Source of the DNA: Eledone cirrhosa
Taxonomy: Eukaryota
Direction: 5' to 3'
DNA length: 64,000 nucleotides
Assembly (NCBI GenBank): GCA_964016885.1
Contig: OZ024741.1
Span: 236,964,001 to 237,028,000 of the forward strand
Part shown: piece after piece, positions 26,230-43,680 of the stretch
Layout of the letters: each line of letters opens with the position of its first letter
Numbering within the stretch: position 1 is the stretch's first letter
Made by a program: the position numbers and the translations under genes
Notes under the pieces: model-generated
What the model saw: the letters and a program-made list of their open reading frames with translations, nothing else
What the model was told of the DNA's origin: nothing
Databases searched by the model: none

Positions 26230-27165
26230 ATGCACCCCCAACATAACCTAGTAGTTAGCGACTTTAGAATTAGAGCAACACAAACTAAGAGATGGCAACT
26301 TGGATGGAAAAGACATGGAAACTGAGGGAGCCCTCAACTCCTGATAAATTCAGGGATGTATTGCTTGATGCTTATGACAATAAGGAAGAGATATAAACAA
26401 CATAGAAGAACAGTGAGAGTTTCTTAAAGATAATTCGCTGAAGGCAAGATCTATGGTTGGAGCAAAGCCCCAAGAAGGGTGGAACAGTAAGAAATAGGCT
26501 TTGAAAAACTTCAGGATGTGAGAAGCTGAGTACAATACCAAGAATCTAGGACACACTGCAAGAAGGGAAGGGGAAAGAAGTTTGCACATGTTCTATGCCA
26601 TGAGGGCCAAAGGTGTGAGGTGTTCTAGATTGCAAGGCAGTGAGTCAGGGAAAATAAGGATATGGGCAAGAATGCATGGGAGGAAGATATCGTCCGAAGA
26701 AGAACCAACAAAGGGCCATCCATCCAAATTAGCAGCAGAATAGTAAGTAAAGCAATTAAGGATATGAAGAGAAGAAAAGCAACCGGACCATCAGGAATAG
26801 TTGCTGAGATACTAAAAGCATCTAGGATGCACATATAATAAATCAGGTAATACAGAATAGTATCATACCCAATGACTGCTGTAAAAGCATCATCGTCAAC
26901 TGCTACAAATGCATTAGACAGGGGAAGTTATAGAGGCATCAAGTTGATAAACCAAGTTATGAACGTTATTGAAAGAGTTAGAGCACAACAAATCAGAGAT
27001 TGTGATAGACAAGATGTAGTTTGGCTTTATCCCGGGTAGATGCCTCTTCCTCATGAAACAACTGTAAAAGTATTTAGCTAAATATCAGACCCATTACCTA
27101 GCTTTTGTCAAGCTTCCTTGCTCCATAATCTGGTGGGCTCTAAGGAAACTAGGGTTAGAGGAATA
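26230..27165 (+). mobile_element. Old, fragmented RTE LINE (APE/RT junction and RT start)
   Basis: ECTPQH.LVVSDF; AIKDMK..KATGPSGIVAEILKAS; YRGIKL; IWWALRKLG; many stops. Confidence 0.75.
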
Positions 27166-27418
27166 CCTCATGCTGACCACTCATACCCTCAGATCCCTAA
27201 TTCCCTCTTCCATGGTCAACCATACCAGCCAGAAAAGGGGACACCCCCACCAACCCCTCGCACACCATTCATGAAGTGATTGGCGTTAGGAAGAACATCT
27301 AGCCATGGAGGCCCAGAATAGAACATATGAACAACAGTCAACTGATCTGCCTAGTCTCAGAACGTAATAACCCATCCAACCCATGCAAGCAAGGAAAACA
27401 GATGGTAACTGGTGATAT

Positions 27419-29159
27419 ATCATCATCATTTTACGTCCGCTTTTCCCTGCTTGCAGGGGTTGGACGGGTCCTATTCAGCACAGCATCTCTCGACTTGTTA
27501 CGGTCCTTCGTCATCTCCTCGGTGAGTTTCAGCGATCTGAGATCTGCTCTCACCACCTCTGCCCATGTTTTTCTACTGGGATTTCTTGGCACTTCTTTAC
27601 CCAGCGGTGATCCTTCATGCACATCACATGTCCATACCATCTCAGCCTTCTCTCCTGCACACCACAACTTATCACTCTTATACCCAGTTTCTTTCTCAAC
27701 TCGTCTATGCTTGGTCGTTCACGCACATCCAGCGGGGCATACTTGCTTCATTTCTCCAGCCGTCGCATATCTTCTGCAGTTGCTGCCCATGTCTCACTAC
27801 CATGCAGCATTGCACATCTCACACAGGCATCATATAACCGTCCTTTCGTACACAGGGAGAAACCCTTCTTTGTCAACAGAGGAAGCAGCTCCCTAAACTT
27901 CTTCCAACCCGTCCTTATTCTAGATACTATGGCCTCGGAACACCCCCCCCCCATGCTAATCTGATCACCTAGGTACTGGAAGCTATCAACTACTTCTATA
28001 GAACCCACCTGCATTAGAAAAATGTGTCTATCACTGCGATTACTACTGCCAACTTTCCCTGTACATCTACTGCATACATAGTTTTCCCTACCTGTTAGTT
28101 TGCCTGCTATCCCACTACATCTCTTGTGTTCCCAAGATCTGCATTGCGTACATTTTATGGAATTTATACCAGTTCCTTTCCTACATATCAAACATGGCCA
28201 TTTCCCCGATGGAATCAGAGTATTGTCCTCTCTTCTACTTATCAACACTTTTGTTTTAGCTATGTTCACTCTCAGGCCTCTTGATTCCAACTGCTGTTTC
28301 CACAGCCAGAATTTATTCTCTAGCTCCTCTACTGATTCTGCTATGAGAACCAGATCATCAGCATAGAGAAGTTCCCATGGGCAGCCAGTCTTAAATTCCT
28401 CTGTTATGGCTTGGAGGACTATAATGAACAAGAGCGGGCTGAGGACCGAACCCTGATGTACACCTACTTGTATCTGGAATTCCTCACTAAACGCCATTCC
28501 TATTCTCACTTTACTGACAGCACCCCTGTACATAGCTTGCACTGTCCTCACAAGCCATTCCCCTACACCTAGTTTCCTTAGGGACTACCAGATGACAGAT
28601 CGGGGTACCCTATCAAAGGCCTTCTCTAGGTCAACAAAAGCTAAGTATAGTGGCTTATTCTTCTCTAAGAACCTCTCTTGTAGTTGCCTAAGAAGAGGGC
28701 ATATGTTGTACTTTTCCGAGGCACAAAACCAAACTGCATCTCATCTAATTTGACCCTTTCTCTAATCAGTTGCGCTAATATTCTCTCTGCCACTTTCATA
28801 ACCTGATCCATCAGCTTTATGCCCCGATAATTGCTCCTCTCTAGAGCATCCCCTTTACCTTTGTAGCAATTTATGAGAATACTGTTGCACCAGTCTTTGG
28901 GTATGACACCATCATATATAGCTTGATTAATGATGTGTGCAACTAGTTTAGTGCCTACTTCTCCTGATGCCTTCAGCACCTCAGCAACTATCCCCAACGG
29001 TCCAGCAGCCTTACCATTCTTCATTTCCTTAATTGCCTCTTGTACCCTATATTCGTCAATCTCAATAGTTGGTCCCTCTGTCGGATCCACTGGGGGTAAT
29101 TTCTCTGTCCCATTTGTTCTCCACATTCATCAGTCTCTCATAATGACATTTCCAGGCCT
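27419..29159 (-). mobile_element. RTE LINE (subfamily B) RT region, 5'-truncated and frameshifted
   Basis: KAAGP.GI.AE..K, YKGKGDAL..SNYRGIKL, QFGF, GVHQGSVLSPLLF, LLYADDLVL, KTK, YLG and 3' tail. Confidence 0.93.
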
Positions 29160-29304
29160 GTATATACATATATACACACACCTTGATGACAAAAAACACC
29201 CAGGCCACTCTGATTTATGTAGCCTCATAACATGACAGGCTGTGTAACCCATTATAGTATAGAAAATGGATATTAAACAATGATGATGATTACATATATA
29301 TATC

Positions 29305-29586
29305 ATTATCATCTTATGTCCGCTTTTCCTTGCTTGCAAGGGTGGGACGGGAACTGATTCTGGCTTGATTTCTACAGCTGGATACCCTTTTTAACACCAA
29401 CTTCATTTACAGTGAGTGCTGAGTGCTTTTTTTCCGTAGCGCCTACACGTCCACTTTACAGTGTGGGCTGGGTGCTTTTTTGCCATGGCACCTCCACGAC
29501 AACTTTGCATCACTCAGTCTGAGAATTGAACTCACAACCTTTCAATTGCAAGGGCAATGCTCTAACCACTAAGCCATGTGCCTCCA
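29305..29586 (-). mobile_element. tRNA-headed SINE with RTE tail (internally deleted)
   Basis: Reverse-complement match to 1675-2010. Confidence 0.8.
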
Positions 29587-29807
29587 TATATATATATGTG
29601 CATTTTTGTTTTTCAATATATACCAGGAAAAAAGGAAGTAAACAACAAAAACTAATGCCCTTTAAGAACTCAACATGATTATACAAGAACATGGCAACTG
29701 TACCATGGTGACCCTGACAAAACTGTCATGGTACGATGAGCATACCAAATTGAATGATCCGATGAGAATAAACAACCTAGTGGGATGAACTGAAAGTTCA
29801 GCTGTTC

Positions 29808-29989
29808 TGCCAGTTAGTTATGTGTCTTCTATAATAATTGTTTCTACTTTTTGGCACAAGGCCAGCATACCCAGTGCATTACTGGTACTTTATTTTATCG
29901 ACCCCGTAAAGTACCAGTAATGCACTGGGTATTTGCTGGCTTTGTGCCAAAAAGTAGAAACAATTATTATAGAAGACACATAACTGGCA
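29808..29989. repeat. Fold-back inverted repeat (~83-bp arms) of a SINE 3' end plus flank
   Basis: tgccagt..tatgtgtcttctataataattgtttctac...actggtacttta / taaagtaccagt...gtagaaacaattattatagaagacacataactggca. Confidence 0.85.
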
Positions 29990-30489
29990 ATAATGATAGT
30001 AGATGGTAATAAGTGCAATATTTACAATGAGGATAAAAGGAAGCAAGGAATACTGCTTGTATATATTCAAAAACAAAGTGATATGCATGACAATGCAATT
30101 CGTTGATGCATTTCAACTGAATAAAATGCACTGGTGATATTGACAGAAAAGTGATCCAGGAGTTAAAAGTTTATAGCAACAGACCAGACTAAAGTAAAAT
30201 AAGTTCTGCCAAGTCCGTAATTTAATACTGGTGGTGGTGGAAGGAGATTAGAGAAGCTAAGGACCAAAGTGTAGAAGCTGGAAGACTTGTATCTATAACA
30301 ACACCAGCAAATGGATTCTGCTGTCTCTCTGACGAACTAGTTAGGTAGTATATGAAATAGGACATTGTTGTAATGTCTAGATGTAGGGCCTACTGCATCT
30401 GATGGAATAAATGAGGTTGTGTATGGTGGTGGTGCAATATGAGGTTAGAGGTAACATCAATTTTAGTAGAAAAGTCTGGGGTACTGTTA

Positions 30490-30835
30490 AGTTGAGCGAA
30501 GTGAGGAGGCAAACTAAGTTAGGTATAAAGATAAGGAGTCTAGCTAAAGTTGTTAGAGCGGTGAGCTGTTAGGCTGCGGTGGGTAATAACATGTGGCGTC
30601 TTGTTAAGGTAGGTAGAAAGGTAAGGGATTTAACTAAAGTATGTAGAGGTAAAGTGTTAAGTTAAAGCAGGTAAAAATGAAGCGAGGTGTTTAGCTAAGG
30701 TGGGTAGAGATATGGCGTTTAATTAAAGTGGGTAAAGAGGTGAGGAGGTTAGCTAAGGTATGTAATGAGGAAATTAGTTTAGCTAAAATGGGTAGGGAGC
30801 TGTAAAGTCAAGCTTGAGATAAGGTGGGTAGATGG
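30490..30835. repeat. Degenerate ~30-bp minisatellite
   Basis: Recurring tagctaa(g/a)gt(g/a)ggtaga.. motif about every 30 bp. Confidence 0.65.
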
Positions 30836-33235
30836 TTGAGTATTCTACAAAAATGTGTGCCCTTAAATTATACCCAATGTGATAAAGCTGGTCTTTTGAT
30901 GATGATATACGTAAGATATTTACATATGTATTTATGCACCTGTATACATATAGAGTAAGATAGCCAAATGGATAATACATTGAACAATTTGGTCAACAGT
31001 CCAAATGTGTTGCTGGTCAAATACTTTATTCCACATTACCTCAGTCCACTTAGCTATCAGTACCTCCGTCCACCTAGCTGTCAGTAGGAATAGGTACGAG
31101 ATTATTTGGGGATGTAGGCTGTCATAGACTGATGTCATAGCCAGGAGGAGGTTTATTTATGTTTCACACCATGAAATCAGGGATAAACAGTCTGAGTCCA
31201 CACACAATATATATATATTGTGTGTGTGTGGGTGGATGGACTCTGAGACTGTTTAGCCCTAATTTCATATACATTACTGATAAACAAAGTCTCGAAAATA
31301 GATATAGTGTCCAATATACTCAATCTACACGCACGTATATAAATAATAAAACTCAGGAAGTACATATAATTAAAGGCATTTACAATCATACATACATGGT
31401 CGAGTGCACGCACACAATTATGTATGTAGACGTCGATGTGTACTCTCAACGTGTAGTTAAACACAGCTGTATAATGACAAACCTATGGCTTGGTTTCCTT
31501 GATGGCAAAATATCATTTAAATAGATAGTTTAAACTTGGGACTAAACTTTGTCTTCAGTTATCTATTTACGTGTGTACAAAACATTGGAATATATAACAA
31601 GTTCACAGCACTATATATTTATATTGTATAGATTCACAATATATTATGGTAGAAATAGTATTTAAATTTGATGAACAAAAGTGGAGAATGAAACAGTAGT
31701 GTTTTTCCTTATGAAGTATATGTATAGTTAAGCTGTATAAATACACAACACTATTCTATCGATACACAACACAGACATATACACACACACATACGTACAT
31801 ATACATACATATAGACACTCATATACAAATTATATATATATGGTATAGATAGTTTAAACCTGTATATACACTGTATATCGGCCTGTTTTTGTTCATAAAC
31901 ACATACAAACAAGCGAATTTACATACATTATATATCATACACACGTTCATTATTTTTATACATTTACATACACAAACATTATATATATATATAATGCTAA
32001 TAAACAGACAGCTGTATAAAATGAAATATAGATGCCTGTGTACATAAACCAATTCCCAGGGTGTGTCGGTTTGTATGTGGAGACTGGCGGGTGGAAATTC
32101 AGACCCAAAGAGTGTTATCTGAGTATATAGAAAGGAATTCTTGCCCGATAGGTGGATATAGAGTGGAGCCGATGGCGATACAGCTATGGCGGGTTTTTCT
32201 TCATTAGCAAAAGCTGTGGTTATAATGATGTCTTGTAATGACAAGGTCCTCTCTGTGACATCGGTCTAGAAGCACTACACCGTTAACTTGAAACATAACA
32301 ATAGATTACTACATTAAACAACTGATACACGGAGACGCATACATGTATCTTATATTAAATTGGTTAATGTACACAAGCATATATACATAGGGTGTGTGTG
32401 TGTGTGTATGTATATATATATATATATATATATATAAATGGTATATTTCTAGTGTATATATACATAAATGTGTGTGTATAGCTACGGAGTATATATATAA
32501 ATGTATAAATACACCTAATATCAATTTTATAATTTTTATAGATAAGTCTCTAAATAATGAATATATTTGTATTATAAATGCATTTATATAGTTTCTGTTT
32601 ATAGTATGTACATTGTGCATATATATGTGGGAGACATTATATTGATAGATGGAATGAGGTTTTGAGATAATTACTATATATGTGTTTGTGGGTGTGTGAG
32701 GAATTATGAGAAATATATTGAGAAACAGTTATTACCAAACAATCAGACAGGTGGCAACTTGACGAAAGGGATGTCACCTTTATTGGAGACAAATGTGTGT
32801 GTATGTATATATATAAACACACACTAACATATATCCCTTAGATGATTAATTAAAACTACTTTAGACAGCAGCACCTAACAAACAAGCTGGTGCTGTTAGA
32901 ATAGCAATGGTTGTTAATATTATTAGTATTAGCTGAGGTGTATGGTTGTCGTGAAGGTGGCGGCTATATAATGGTTGAGCTTATTTCGGTTGGGGTAAGA
33001 CTATTACCGTAGAAATAAATATAGCCACATAAAACTCTGACGAGTACTAATCTGATTAGAAAATACAAAAATTCTACATCTTCGGACAGAAGATACTGGA
33101 TTCAGCAGTATTGGAGAAAGAATGGACGAGAGGGGAAAATTAAGACCAGTTCAATGCCCGTTTTCAAATGTCTGTATCGACATGGCAGTGCTATCATAAA
33201 TTCTCTGTGCACAGTTAAAAAGATCGTTTATAAGA

Positions 33236-33271
<36 letters not shown>

Positions 33272-33565
33272 ATTAATCAATAAAGCAAGTTACACACACA
33301 TATATAAACATATATATATAAATACATATATGTATTTATATATATATAAATACATATAAACATATATATATAAATACATATATAAACATATAAATACATA
33401 TATACATATATAAACATATAAATACATATATATATATATATATATATATAAATACATATATAAACATATAAATACATATATATATATATATATATATATA
33501 AATACATATATAAACATATAAATACATATATATATATATATATAAATACATATATAAACATATAA

Positions 33566-33600
<35 letters not shown>

Positions 33601-33609
33601 CATATATAA

Positions 33610-33642
<33 letters not shown>

Positions 33643-34764
33643 AATACATATATATACACATATATATATATGAGACAGAGAGAAAGACATGCTTTCATAA
33701 TAAAAATAAATATAAGCAATAAAACCTATATAAATACTAGACCAGAACACTTGCGCGCACACACACACACACACATATATATATGTATACATATATATAT
33801 ATATATATATATATAATGTGTGTATGTGTGTGTTGTATGTATGTGTGTGTGTCTGTACATATTTGTAAATATTATAACTATATATAGACGCATAGCATAG
33901 TGTATGTATGAATGGTAGGTTTGATTATACTGTGTATTAGGATTCTGGCACAATACAAACGAATATAATTAATTAATTACTAGGAAAAAGACGAAAGGTG
34001 CGCTAAATTAATATTATAATTATCATTATTACTATTATGATGATGATTATCATTATTATGAATAATTTAATATTATTTTCTTATATGGTAATCTTACCGA
34101 TTGATACGGTTGACAAAAACGCCAGGAACCCATGGTTTTACCCGTGTAATATGTGCTGGCTAAAAAGGCCGGCCTCCTGTTTCTCGCCCGTGCATGGAGG
34201 AGACATAGATAAGAAGAGTTTTCACAGGGAGACAGACAGACAGACATTTAACGACAGAGTCATGGAGCAAGAGAAGAGCAAGTATTAGACGACGGAGGAT
34301 AGGAGCAGAGGCAACGGGGCGGCGGGCGGCGGGTGCCCGATGGTGATGGTGATGGTAGTGGTGCACTGGTAGTGGTAGCCGTTTGTTCTGGTTGTGGTGC
34401 TGTGTATTCTGGTGCTAGTGTGTATGGACGATGTGTGTGTGTGTGTGTTTGTCTGTGTGTGTAATGTAATGTACATATATGCAATGAGAGCTGAATATGT
34501 GCGCCAGTGGAAGGGTTACAATTACAACAATAACAACATCAACTACAATAAAATTTACAGAAATAATATTAGTAAAGAGGATGAATATATGGTTAGTGAT
34601 GATTGTGGACATTAGACACAAATATACTGTCAGCCACTTCAATATGTGTGAGTGTGTGGTTTAGATTTTCGAAAGCAACGAGCCAATCTGGACACTGCCT
34701 CTACCAGCATACTATCTCTCAATGGTGTCTGTCTGGAAGAAGTGAGTGAATAAATATACGAGTG

Positions 34765-39200
<4,436 letters not shown>

Positions 39201-39649
39201 ATATATAGATGTGTGTGTATGTGAGTGTGTCCCCCACCTCACCATAACGACATGGAAACGGGCCAGTAGAGCGATAGAAAGATGAATTACAGTACTAGCA
39301 ACAACAATAACACGAACACCAGGGGGCGTATGATGATGATGATGATGATGATAATAACCATAATAAAATGAAAAATACTACTACTAATATAACGGTTATA
39401 GTAATTAATAACAAACCTGGTCATCAGTAGCAGCAATAGTAGTAGTGGTAGTAGTAATAGTAATTGTGGTAGTAGTAATGGTAGTAGTAGTAGTAGTTGT
39501 AGTTGTAGTAGCAGTAAGAGTAGGGGGTTGCAAGTTTGTGTGCGTGTGTTTCTCTGATTGTGTGTATGTATGTATGTATGTGCGTGCGTGTGTGGTTAGA
39601 CACATATACGCAAGACAGTCTGAAAGATTGAGAGACAATGAGAAGGAAT

Positions 39650-42600
39650 AACCGAGTGAGTGCTGAGAGGAGCAGAAACGAGAAAGAGAGGGAATTAGAT
39701 ATAGAGGGCGATTGCTCGGGGGGGGGGGGGGTTGAAGGGCTAAAGATAGAGAAAGGTGGGAAAAGAAAGATAATTGAGTAAGAAATAGAAATGGGATGGA
39801 ATAGAAAGGTTAAAAATATATAGTGAGAAATAACATTGTGTAAGATGGAGAAATAGAGAGGGTAGACAAAGATACAGAAAGAGTAAACAGTTTTAAGATA
39901 AACAGACAGAGTTGAGAGAGGGATAGACTAAGGTAGAGGAGAGTAGAAAGATTTAAGGTATATAAGAGAGTTAGAGAGGGGAGGAGAGAAATATAATGGT
40001 GTAAGATGGAGAAAGAGAGAGGCTGGACAAATGTGGGGGGAAAAGGGATAATGATGGGGAAAAATAATTGCATTAGTCAAGGGAGGAGGAAAGAAAAAGA
40101 GAGCATATAACAATCATGTGAGAAAGGAAAAGTGGATGAATGATGTGGGAGTAAAGATAGTGAAAGAGAGAGGTGTGAGTGATAAGTAAAAAAAAAAGAA
40201 AAGAGAAGGAATTAAGTACTAGAAGTAAATGCAAAGAGAAAGAGGAGGAGCTAAGGAGAGAAGAATAGAAAAGATTAGTAGAGGAAGAAAACATTGAGAG
40301 AGAGGAACGATACTTATAGGAAAAGAGAGTGTCGTAGAATTTTTAGCGATAAAATAGATGTTGACATTGTACGGATAGAGAGTATAAAATGGAGAGTGGG
40401 GGTGTGTGTGACATTGAAGTAAACATAGATATGGAGGGAGAGAGAAAGAAATTAAAAGAGTAGGTAAGAGAAAGATTGAGAGAGCGTGAGAGAGTAAGAA
40501 TGTATGTGAGAGGGGGAGAACGTGGGATGAAAAACAAAGACGAAGTAAGACATAGCTTACTGCTTACTTGTACAGTGTTGGAGGAGGGAGACGAGGGTTA
40601 GATAAGCAGTATGCAGACAAGAGGGGGTCAGTGGTGAAAGAATGTAGACGATGGGTGAAGAAGGAAAGAGTATGGGAGAGTGGTTGTGAATATATGTGGT
40701 TTGCTGCGTGGCGTTTGGTAAGCCATCACTCCCCTCCTACTCCTTATATTTATTTATTTCTTCAAATTCAGGCCTCGACGTTTGTTTCTAATGCACTTTT
40801 CTCTCTCTTTGTTTACGTATTATCTCTTACCCTCCTCACCATATCTTTCTTTCCTTTACCTATCTTTTTTCTTTATTTTCCTCTTCCACCTACTCACACT
40901 TTTACGTCCTCTATTTTTAACAGTATTCCTCTTATCTTTCTTTTTCTCTCCTCACTCAACTCTATCCCTTTCTATTTTTCCTTCTCAAGATCATTCTTCC
41001 CACTCACTCTCTTTCCATAACATTATTTTCCTCCTCTTCCTCTTGTAATTTGAACCAACTTGCCCGTCGCCCTGTCTGGTTTGGCTTTTGTTACTCTCTT
41101 TCCCTCTTTATCATTGCCATTCTCTCTCTTATCTCTCATTTCCTCTCCTACTCCGCTTGTCGGCTTGCTCTTTCTTTCTCCATCGTTGGAAAATATAAAG
41201 AAAAGAGAGTGTGAGGAGGAAAATGGGGGAATAGGAGAGTAAACACTGATAAATGAAAGGGGGGAATATATAAATAGGAAAAGAGAGAGAAACGGATAAA
41301 CAAGCAAATACACGGGGATAAATAGAGAGGTAAGATAAATAACAAAAGAGAAATAGCTGAAGAAGAAATAGAGGAAGAAGACAACAAAATAAGAGAGGAG
41401 AAAGAGGGAAGATAGAATAAAGAAAGAAATGGCGAGCGAAGGAGGAGAATGAGGACAAGAGAGGAGAAATATGTATAAAAAGAAGACAAAAATGTCAGTA
41501 AAAGAAAAGAAAAAGAAAAACAGCCGTTAGCAGGTGGAAGTAGTGAGAGGAAAGGTAGAAAGAGGTGGATTTAATGAATACATATATAGAGAGAGAGAAA
41601 AAAAGAGATGGAGCAAAGGAGAGAAGCAAACCAAGAAAGTGAGGGGAAGAAAAGAAATAATTAAAGGAGGGAGAATAGGCAAGAGATAAGGATTTTGAGG
41701 AGAGAGATAAAAGGAAAATAAGTAAAGAAGGAATAGGAAGAGAAAAGGAAAAAGAGGAAGAGAATGAAAAGTAACAATAGATAAGTAAAGATAGGAAAGA
41801 GTGACGTGGAAGAGAAGTAAAGGTAGAGGCGGAAGGATAAATAAAAATAAAACAAGGGAGAGAGAGAGAAGTGAAAGAAAAACAAGAGAAAACGAAGCAA
41901 AAAAAAGAATATATAGTAGGGTGACGGCGGCTACAGTGACAATGACAGGAAGGCATAGACATGGAGGGGAAGTAGAAGACCAATGTTAAAAATAGAGGAG
42001 GGGAAGAACAGTAGAGAAAAAAAAGACGAAGAAACCGAAGCAAAAAAAAAAAAAAAAAAAAAAGAAAAAGAGGGAGTGTATAGTAAGAAGGCGACGGCAG
42101 CGACAACGGAGGGCGATGACGATGATGACGACGACACACAGACAGACGAACTGTTTGTTTGAAGGCAGGCAGGCAAATGAGGCAAAAAAAGGCAAAAGCA
42201 AGTGAGGACTGGAACGGACCGACCTACCTTACTACCTTTACCAAAAAAAAAAAAAAACAACCACCACCACCACCACCACCGACCTACCTACTAACCTAAG
42301 GTTTTTATTTACTGATACGATTTTTTCTTGTGTTGGTGGGGTTTCTCGTTGTTCTCGTTGTTGTTATCGTTTTTTCCCCCCTCTCTATCTCATATTCTTT
42401 TTTCTTTTTCACGCTTACTCCTCTCGTCTTCCATTTCGTCTACTGACATTTTGTTATATTTTTTGCTTAACTTTATGTGTTTTTCTTCTTTATTTTTCTC
42501 TTTTCGAGGGAGGCAGGTAGGGTGGAATAGAATGGGCGATGGCGAAGATGAAGGAAGAGTGAGAGACAGGGACATATGTGGTGATGGAAAGGAAGGGAGA

Positions 42601-42990
42601 GATAATAGGACATGATTGAGAGATAGGGAGAGTGAAAGCGGCATTTGATGGTGATGGTGGAGGGAAAGAGAAACATGTGATGGCTGGGGGAGGGAGTCAT
42701 GTGATAGGAGAGGGTGAAGGGAGGTAGAGAAAGAGAGGGAGACATGTAGTGGTAGTAGTAGGGGAACGAAGGTGACATGTGGTGTTGAAGTAGGGGAGAG
42801 GGAGACATGTGGGATAAGGGAGGGCGTGAGGAAGACATGTGTAGAAGGTAGTGGTAGGCGAGTGAAAGGGAAACATGTGGTGCAGATGGTGAAGGAGGTG
42901 GGGGTGTAAAAGGTAGTGGCAGGGAGAAAGGGAATCTAAGAAGACATGTGGTGTGGAAGTGGAGGGGAAGGTGTGAGATGGTGGAGAGGA
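39650..42990. repeat. Purine/pyrimidine strand-asymmetric low-complexity tract, ending in a gacatgtggtg-type minisatellite
   Basis: GA-rich + strand with CT-rich switches at ~40730-41180 and ~42300-42505; acatgtgg repeats at 42570-42990. Confidence 0.8.
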
Positions 42991-43444
42991 CATTTTTAAT
43001 GAAAATCCATGTATTTTGGGTGGGGTTTTTTTCTCTAGTTCTTATGTATATATATATTTATATGGTTTAAATATTTATGCATTTCTTATGCAGAAAGATT
43101 ATTTATTGAGTTGTTATATTTATATACTGCTTGACTATATATGTATATATTTATGTGTGTCAATTATTTGACTAGTTTTAGTCATTTGACTGCAACCATG
43201 CTGGGGCACCACCAGTCTAGAAATTATTTCCTCGATTTCTATTTGAACCCAAGTAAAAAAAATTGGAAAAATACTTTATTCACAGTTGTATAAATAACAT
43301 TATAAATTGTTTATAATTCTTATAAAATGAAAATATAATCAGATATAATAAATACAATTAATTATTGCTCGGAACCGCACAAATATAATACACAAAAATA
43401 TATGATCAAAAAGAAAGAGAAAAAACACCAATTCACCAAAGTAA

Positions 43445-43680
43445 ATATTTAGTAAATACATTGAGAACGTATTTCTGTGCAAAGTCTACAAAAAGGGCTC
43501 AGTAGTAAAATTTAAAACTAGCTATAATATATAAAATATATACCTACATAGTTAAAATGCGTTGATAATAGATATTTAGTAAATACATCTAGAGTGTATT
43601 TATGTGCAAAGTCTACAAAGATGGCTCAGTAGAAATATTAAAAATGGCTATAATATATATATAACCAATACATACATAGT
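43445..43680. repeat. ~127-bp tandem duplication
   Basis: atatttagtaaataca...tgtgcaaagtctacaaa..ggctcagtag occurs at 43445 and 43572. Confidence 0.75.

Noticed and set aside
30490-30835. CRISPR-like repeat/spacer appearance
   Set aside because: Repeats are degenerate, spacers are related, context is eukaryotic and there are no cas genes.
32205-32300. Minus-strand VNGVVLLDRCHRE, a PDZ-like snippet
   Set aside because: Stops lie immediately upstream, the rest of the domain is absent, and chance similarity is likely.
33030-33080. CTGACGA hammerhead-like boxes here and at ~30329, ~44845 and ~48029
   Set aside because: No properly placed GAAA, stem III or stem I complement.
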